A DNA stretch of 64,000 nucleotides, from NCBI GenBank assembly GCA_021613535.1, contig CP075493.1, positions 2,852,001-2,916,000 of the forward strand, written 5' to 3'. Origin of the DNA: Adineta vaga (Eukaryota > Animalia > Rotifera). A program made the position numbers and the translations under genes. Shown here in pieces: positions 54,598 to 64,000 of the stretch (positions are counted from its first letter, which is position 1; each line of letters opens with the position of its first letter). Below the pieces are notes generated by a model. It saw nothing but the letters and a program-made list of their open reading frames with translations. It ran no database searches and was not told where the DNA came from.

Positions 54598-57395
54598 TTA
54601 TGAATTCGGTGAAATTCTACATGGTGAGAAAAGTATCTTGGCAAATGCTTTACGAAATTCCATATTGAAAACGGTATAAATAATCGGATTTAAAAATGAA
54701 TTTATATATCCTAACCATGAACATAAAAAGAGAATAAAATCATTAATAAGAAATGCATTGGATTTTTTTGATAATTTAATAATAGTATTAACGATATTAT
54801 TGAGCACAAAGAATGGTAGCCAACATACTAAGAAACAAACTAGAAAGAGAAGAAGAAAAAACAATATATAAACAAAACATTAGACTGTAATTTAGCTGAA
54901 GAATGTCACGAAATGTCGTTTCTTCTCTTTTTTCTAGGTGAAATGTGTCAGATTTCATTTGGAAATAATTCAATTTGTTCTTGAAACTATCAAAGAGTAT
55001 ATTAATGATTTTTCACATGAATAATAAGTGCAAAAGAAGTTTTTATTAAAGTACATTTATAATCAACGGAAATTCTCTATACTAGGAAAAATTCCGAATT
55101 AAATATCGATTTAATCGAACGTTAATCATAAGTACATAACTTTAATTTCTTTCTAAAAGCACTCGTTCGAATTCAATCGGTAAGGATATGTTGAGAAATT
55201 AATAACTTACTTAGAACAATAATCAATGTTTGAGTAGCTTTTCGTTCTTTTTTCATTCGAGAATAAGCTTTACGTTTGGCTACTTTTGTATTATTTGTCG
55301 AGGTTTTAACAGCAGCTGTCACTGCTGTACCATCAGCATTTGCCTTGATCTTTAAACGAGCTTTAGCACGTTTTGATGATGAATGTTGATGTTGATTTTC
55401 ATCGGTTTGTGAACTACAATTCTTTCGATTTGATGCGGTCGTATTCGCTGTGAGAATTTCGATTCGAGTCGCCTGTTCAATTTTATTTTGACCATTGGTT
55501 TGTTGATGTAAAACAAAGAGAGCAACATCATCACGTTCTTCATCTTCATTTTGATCACTTGACGATGCTGCTGCTGCAACTGTTGTTGTTGGAACGTTTG
55601 TAATTGGGACGAGAACAGGTGTGGATAATTTCAACATTAAACTATTTCGATGCATTTCCAAAACATTTGCATTGATTGGAGTTGTTTCATTTATGTCAAT
55701 TGGTAATGTTAGAGAAGTTTTCTCAGGAACAATCGATGGAGAATTAACAATCGATTGTCGTTCTTGATAATATGTAGTTATTAAATGATCAGCATTTGTA
55801 CGATGTTGAGCAGCAGCTGATTCAATCACTGCTTTTGGTCGCCATTGTTTACGATTCTTTTTCGCTTGGGCCATAATTACTGCAAAGATTCGATAATAAA
55901 TAGCAAAGATAATAATACATGGAATAAAAAATGATCCAAGAGATGAAACAATAAGAAATTTATTATTAAAAAAAGCGCATTGATCGGTCACACGTGGATA
56001 AGCAAGAACATCAGATTTGTTTGCACCACTAGAATAAATACAAATTTATAGATGAATTTAAAAGACGCACAACAAAGTTTTTTTTCTTTACCCAACAATG
56101 GGAAGAGCTATGACAAATGAAATAACCCATACGATAACAATCATAACAGCAACACGTTTAGGATTTTTATGTCGAGCATATTTAAGTGGTTTTGTTACTG
56201 CTATATAACTAAAAAGATATCTTTTCAATAAAATTAAGTTCATTCAATTTTGAACTTTCTTACCGATCAACGGCAATAGCAACCTAAATAGATATAAGTT
56301 CATAAGATATAGTTTTTTTATTTTTCTTTATTATCTTACGAGATTCAATATAGACGCTGTACAAGCCATACAATCTGATGCCACCCAAAAATCGCAAAGT
56401 CGATCGGATAGTTCCCATACTCGATTATACTAAACAAAACAAAATGTACTAAACTCTTCAGTCAAATTTGATAGATTCTTTTGTTATTTATCTGTCATGT
56501 TTAGTTGTATAGATCAATAGAAGAAGAAGAAAAAACGAAAATTATTTTCCAATTATAATGATTTGTTGAAAGGGTTCAAAGACGATGATTATTTATCAAA
56601 TATCCGGAAATCGATAGAAGAGTCTTTTTTCAAGATGAATAGTTCCGTTTTATTCAATATGACAGATCATCTTCTAGATAATCTACTTCGTTAACTACTC
56701 AGCAGACTTTTAATATAATTAGAAAAAGAAGCAAAATCATTATCACATGTATATTCACGTACTTTTTCTTTTTGGAATATATATATACTAAGCATGTTTG
56801 TCTATTCGAAAGATAAATGATTCCAGTTCATCAGTCACGTAGATCACATAATTTTAGTTAAAGTTCTTCATCTACTCGCTATTTAATTCATATCTATGAC
56901 AGTTACGACGTGCTCAGGATGCTCATATCCGTTTGAAAGATAATATATGCCTATGCATACATAGTAATACTTGCATCGATTAGAATTATTTAAAACTTTA
57001 ATTTTATCAGTTTTCTTCTCACTTACTTCAAGATAAATAGCAAATGGCATCACAACAGCAGCAACAGTTATGTCCGATATTGCAAGTGATACAACAAAAT
57101 AATTTGTTATAGTATGAAGAGATTTCTCTCGATAGACACTAATAACAACAAGAACATTACCAAAGATTGTAAATAAAGGAAAGAGTATTAATGCAAATGC
57201 CCAATAATTTACTGACACACTTTCAACAGTGACGGCAGTTGGAGTAACAAAGGATGAAATTGGATGATGAATATCATCAATAGTTGCACTACTATGTGAA
57301 ATCGAATCATATGCATTTGAATTATAGAGTAAAGATGATGGAAGTGGAGCAACAATTAAATTCCAAGAACCGGTATCGTTTGATAGTTGTTGCAT
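54598..57395 (-). CDS. D2-like dopamine (biogenic amine) receptor, class A GPCR
   Basis: TM1 GNVLV; TM3 [19 protein letters not shown]|VAIAVDR|Y with the amine-binding Asp; TM5 [13 protein letters not shown] serines; long ICL3 ending [10 protein letters not shown]; CWLPFF; [25 protein letters not shown]; short C-tail. Confidence 0.88.
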
Positions 57396-57807
57396 GTTAA
57401 ATAACAAGAAATAAAGATAAAAAGGAATATATATAAATATGTTCGAATAGATGTTTTGATAGTTATTGTTATGCTTTTGGCCAATAATGATAATGATAAA
57501 AATAATAATCTGCACGATTTCACGTTGATGATGAAGTCTAGCTTGAAATTTAGTATGAATAGCGTTAGTTGATGTAGATGAGAAGTGTAAAAACGGTAGC
57601 ACGACGTAGACGGTGGTCGTTGTGCTCGAAGTTTCAAGTGGCTTGCCGAAAGCGTCATCTCCTGATTGATTCTTTCGCCATGATGTAGCATGTCTCATTT
57701 TGAGACGATCATGCGTGAGGAGCAAACGTCGTTGTTGCGACGTAGGAAGAGAAGAGAAGAGAAGAAGAAGCAGTAGAGTAGAATTTGATGTCGAGAGAGA
57801 AGGAGGA

Positions 57808-57833
57808 AGAGAGAGAGAGAGAGAGAGAGAGAG
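57808..57833. repeat. (GA)n microsatellite
   Basis: Visible dinucleotide run in the 5' region of the receptor gene. Confidence 0.85.
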
Positions 57834-60800
57834 AATAAGAGAAATATGACGATGTTAACGAAAAGAGATCGTCTAATCTTCAATTATTATTACCACTTTG
57901 TTTGGTTAGTACTTCAATGTCGATTAAAACAATGTTATACTTTTTAATCTTTGATATGTGAGATATCCAAACAATATTATTGTTACCGATTTAATCAAAT
58001 ATATGAAAAGAAGAAAATTTGATTGAAATTAAGTATAAAAGAAAAACAAAATCTGTTTCCTTTTATTCACATAGAAAAAAAAGTCGTTTACATCATAGTT
58101 AAACATATGAAAATCTAAAATAATCAAAATAAATGTTTTCTTCTAATTTTTTTAAAAACGAACGAACAGTGAAAAGAAACAAGTCAGATTCATAGATAAT
58201 ATTATCAGATTGATTGCATCGATTATTTACGACTGATATATTATACAAATTGAAATTTATTTTGGAGATTCTAATTACTTTTCTACATACTTTTATAGTG
58301 ACTCATACAGAACAAAAACAAGCGCATAATAAACAATCGAAATCATTAAACTATGATTGGCAAACGCTTTTGTTTTTCTGATGATGATGATGATGATGTT
58401 GAGAAAAGAGATATCGACATTGAATTGTCATGTAAAACGACTGATAAAAGTTCCTCTACTAAGAATAATGTTGTTTATTTTACTAATTCAACCTGAGAAG
58501 TCGAGATAAAAAATAGGCATGAATGATGACATTTGTCTCCTATTTATCATTGACTAGTAACATTTTTTTAGTAAATAACGACATATTGAAAAACTGTTAT
58601 TTTCTTTCATAAGGACAGAAGAAACGGAATAGTTATTGTAATAACGATGACATTCGTACATCTCAATTAACGTTTTGATTTGAATAAGCTAATGATATTT
58701 TTTCTATCTAATATAGTTGAAGTACTTCTTCGTAACATATCAACTACTTCAGATATGATCGCTCAAATAAACAAACAAGTTCTTGTCGACAGGACATCGA
58801 TCTTTTCAACAACTCAAAGTTCTATCTCTAGGGATGACAATGATGTTTTCTTTCTCCATATAGATAAAACATATTTCATCTCAAATCTTTGTTCTTTCTA
58901 GACAACAAAAAACATCATAGATACTCATCACATCTCGTTTCCTTATCAATATATATAATCGTAATTCAAAACAATCATAAGTTTTTTGTCTGATAATATC
59001 TATGTATAATAATAGTAATAAAAACCTTCTGAAATATAGTCTCGATCTAACCTTTAAATGTTTGTTTATCTCATCGATTATAGATTGACTTAAACGAATA
59101 GATATGCATAAGATTTAAGTAAGAAAAAACGAATCAAGTTAGACAGCATTAATATACAAAGAACAAAAGCGCTGTCAATCATGCACAGATGGTAGTATAC
59201 TCGAATGTCGATTCTTTTTCAGTTTACAATCTACTCTAACCATCAAATAGATACACATACATTTGAAAAACAAAAACTACTATAGACTTTGTTCTATTTC
59301 GAGATATTGAAAAGACACCAACTGACCAACAAAACAAAAAACATCGATTCTAGTTTTCTTTTTTTTTGTTTCTCTTCTTCTTCCTTAATTAAATTAGGGT
59401 GTTAACGTTCTCGATCGAATTTCTCTCTTTCTTCAATAGTCCTTTGAAAAGAAAACAAGATGCAAAACTATTTAATATCTCTTTCGTTTTTTTTGTTAAT
59501 ATATTAATGTTGTCGGTAGGAGAAAGCTGATAGAGAAAAGATTTTTTATGTTAGTGGCTGATAGTTAGGCGATAATGAGATTATAATGCGATTTGTGTAT
59601 ATACATCAGAATAGTAAACATTCTGTTAGGAGTTTTTCCGAACAAGAGTACAAGTGACGAAGATGAGAAGCGCGCGCGCAACGATGTCGAGAATAACAAC
59701 GGCAATTCTCGATCGTTTGCATATTATTGATCGCCTTTCGATACTTCGACGATAAGTGGAAGAACATATTTCAACTCTTACAGGAAGAGACAGAAGACGC
59801 ATAAAGAAGAAAAATCGTCGAAAGAATAAAAAAACAATTTTTCTTATGTCTTTCTCAATCATTATCTTTGTTGTTTTATTAAGGATATTAATCGTAAAGA
59901 ATTGAAGAGAAACGCACAAATACATTCTTCTCGTTCTCTCTAATCGTTCATCACTTGTTCAGAAATATAAAAATCAGGTTTTGGACTCACGACATTTATT
60001 TGCGTGGTAGTTTGATCAAATGGCTTTCAGGATTTTCTCAAGCATAAACCAAATAACTTGCTCGTGAGCAGGTGATCTACGGAATAGTTTATTGAAGAAA
60101 AGAAAGCTCTTAAAAAAGTTATTTCTACTTTGATGATCATGCAAAAGAAAGAAAAACGACGAGAAGACATGGAAACAATGATCACAATACTAGTAGAATG
60201 AATAACTAATGTCATGATCGAAAGATAGTATCTATCTTATAACGAAGTGATGTTATTTCCAGTTCAAAAACAAGAATAGTATATTTTATTCGAGATCTTC
60301 AAGATCAGTGTTTTTTTTATCTCTTCGCCTACTTTTTATCGTTTCTATTATTTATATTGAAGATGGCATATCTAATTATCGTTCTGAAAAGAAAACCTGA
60401 TTTTTCTCTAATGAAAAGGCAACCGAATGAGCTAAGATATTTTCTGCTTTCTTAACAAAAAAAATCTGATGTATTGATAACAAACAAAGAGAACATTTAC
60501 AAGCTATTATTGGAATATTCTAACAGTTTTTTTTATAAATTTAAGTGCTTCACTCACGTAACACTATCTCTCTTCTTCTCTCTATCATAATGTTTGCTCT
60601 AGCACGCAAATTTCTCGTCGAGTACCATCAAAAAACATTGTTCGACAATGAGACTGTTGTCACATTAGATCACTTGTTCTGTAGATGTAGAAAAAAAAAC
60701 AAATCTTAAATCTTGTCAAAACTAATCAATATCGTCATTTTTACTCGATTTTCTAGACAAAAAAGAAAACTTTCGAAAAGTACAGACAATTGTTTCTCTT

Positions 60801-62728
60801 CAGAAAAATTAATCATTTTTGAATGAATACAATATCAAAATATGATTAACTCTTGATATATTATTCATGTTCCTTTGTTTTTCTACCGAAATACTTGCTT
60901 TTGAGATTTCTAGATAGCCTTTCGATAACACATCTTTCTTCTAGATAAATAAAAGTCCATTTTTCTCCTCATTCTTCTTTTGTTCGTTCGCGTACTCTTC
61001 GAATCTATTCAAACAAAGTACTTACCTGCAAGTCAATGACACGAAAAATTCGCATCAATCTTTTTTGACTGCTTCCATTTCCTCTAACACATCGATTTCT
61101 TTTGCATTTCTCTCTCTCTCTCTCTTTATATAAATTCCTTCACCTTTTTTCTGGATTCATTTTTATATACATACAATCGCGCGATCGTTCAGATATACAT
61201 AAAAACAAATCTCCAAAATTAACTTCATTTATTTCTAAAGAAAATAGAATTCATTACTCTTAACAAAACGCAGATAATTAAACATGTGCAAAACATTAGA
61301 AATGTTCTTTTTTCCTTCCGAAAATTATTTCTCAAAAGAAAATACATATCTTCCTGTGATTTTCTCTCAGGATGGTTTTCGAAATAATCATAGGAATTCT
61401 CTCTGAATAATTACTGAAATGGATTATTCCTTCTTATTTTATGTCTCTCGCTTTTATAGACCTATCACTCTAAAAATATGAATTATTTGCATTCATTGCT
61501 CTCTGTTGTCGATGTTTCTATTAGCACGATGATCTGTTGTTTTACATTGACAGTTTGAATTTGTCTAAAAGTTTTTTTTCCCTGCCAAACGGTCATAGTA
61601 GTCGTTCTATTTTTGTCGACATTACATGAAGGCATCAATAAGTTAATAGAACATGTTTGTTTATACTTCTAATTAAACATATAGTACAATGATTAACAAT
61701 GAACTGTCAACATTTGATATGAACAGCAATTGATCATGAACAAAAAGAATAAAAGTCGTATATAGATGATGTCTTATAATGATATATGAGAAGTGAAGTT
61801 TTAGAATGGATTCACATAGAAACTCATGCTGTTCACACGATATTTTTGTATGATTAATAGTTCTTATTTTTTAATGTTAAAATTTAGTATTTAATTTGCA
61901 TATGAAGTACCCGTCGAGGTTGTTCAAAATTGATTGTTTATAAAATATTAATAAAAGTACATGTAATGGCAATTGAGCGGACAAGTTCAAGCACACGAAC
62001 ATCGTTCAAATGAAGTGAACTTTAGAAACATTTGCTTTCAAAGATATTTAAAAGGTATGTTTCAATCCATTGATATAAAGATACTTCCATATAATAGGAA
62101 ATGAAGATGATAGTATGAACTGAGACTAGATGAAGTCTGTATTACACCCACTTGGGATATTTAGTACTACGGTACCGAAAATACGATTTCCAAAACAGAA
62201 TAATTGTCTTTTGTTTTGGGGATGACACTTCCAAGTAGTGAGTATTGTTGTTCTGCTTTTGGAAACTGGTTGAATAACGATTAATTATTACATTGTATTT
62301 TGATGGATACGCTGTCTCCGTATCAAGGAAGTCATGTTTCTTTAGCTCACTTCTTATAAACCATCGATATACCGTATACTATTCGAACTGATGAACTATT
62401 CTAAAAGTTCAGTTAATTAAGCTGAGCTTTTCTAAAAACTGATCAATTCTGAATTAGTACTGAGCTTTGTTGATCCCTAATGGGAATAGAAAAAGTAGTA
62501 TCAAGAGAAATGTACGACTAAAGTTGTTTGTAGAAGAAAAACAATTTCTTGAAGAGATGATGTACTCAATGATCAGATCATTCGTAGCTATTGGTAAAAG
62601 TATCAAGAGATGGATTTCGTATTGAAAAACGTTTGTTTTTTCTTCTATATTTTAATCAAATGAAAAAGAAACCAAAAAAACCTGATGATAAATGTTCCCG
62701 TTAGATATAATATATATATATTCAAAAT

Positions 62729-64000
<1,272 letters not shown>

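Noticed and set aside
62384-62480. Near-palindrome AAGTTCAGTTAATTAAGCTGAGCTT with repeated (A/G)CTGA units, possible MITE remnant
   Set aside because: The second terminus is not identifiable and copy number cannot be assessed from one window.
57900-62700. Long gene-free interval with short ORFs (58680, 59626, 60027)
   Set aside because: No domain similarity or consistent exon chain. Likely upstream regulatory DNA of the receptor.

Overview
AT-rich, gene-dense eukaryotic (metazoan) DNA with many 50-65 nt GT-AG introns. The composition, intron sizes and gene set suggest a bdelloid rotifer; this is an inference. About 22 protein-coding genes were reconstructed by hand-splicing: a MAPK-like pseudokinase, an N-terminally extended MTHFSD, a B-box/coiled-coil/propeller protein, an F-box/LRR-like protein, a TASOR/TEX15-type DUF3715 pseudo-PARP protein, ANAPC10, an intronless PLP aminotransferase, RPS29, SmB, SPTLC1, Spot14/MID1IP1, NDUFB9, FARP, FOXRED1 with a GNAT acetyltransferase nested antisense in one intron, STIM, RBM17/SPF45, TBC1D23, a Pro-rich repeat protein, a secreted Q/N/S-rich orphan, a D2-like dopamine receptor and a partial alpha-tubulin. 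Signals beyond the gene list: (1) operon-like tandem pairs where a poly(A) signal sits about 45-100 nt before an apparently unpaired splice acceptor next to the following ATG, consistent with SL trans-splicing; (2) a HUSH-type TASOR-like silencing factor with a DPRL motif and an RS-rich tail; (3) three C/D-box snoRNA candidates with terminal stems; (4) a perfect TCTCGCGAGA element in the RPS29/SmB divergent promoter. Gene spans run from start codon to stop codon including introns and were not checked against transcripts.
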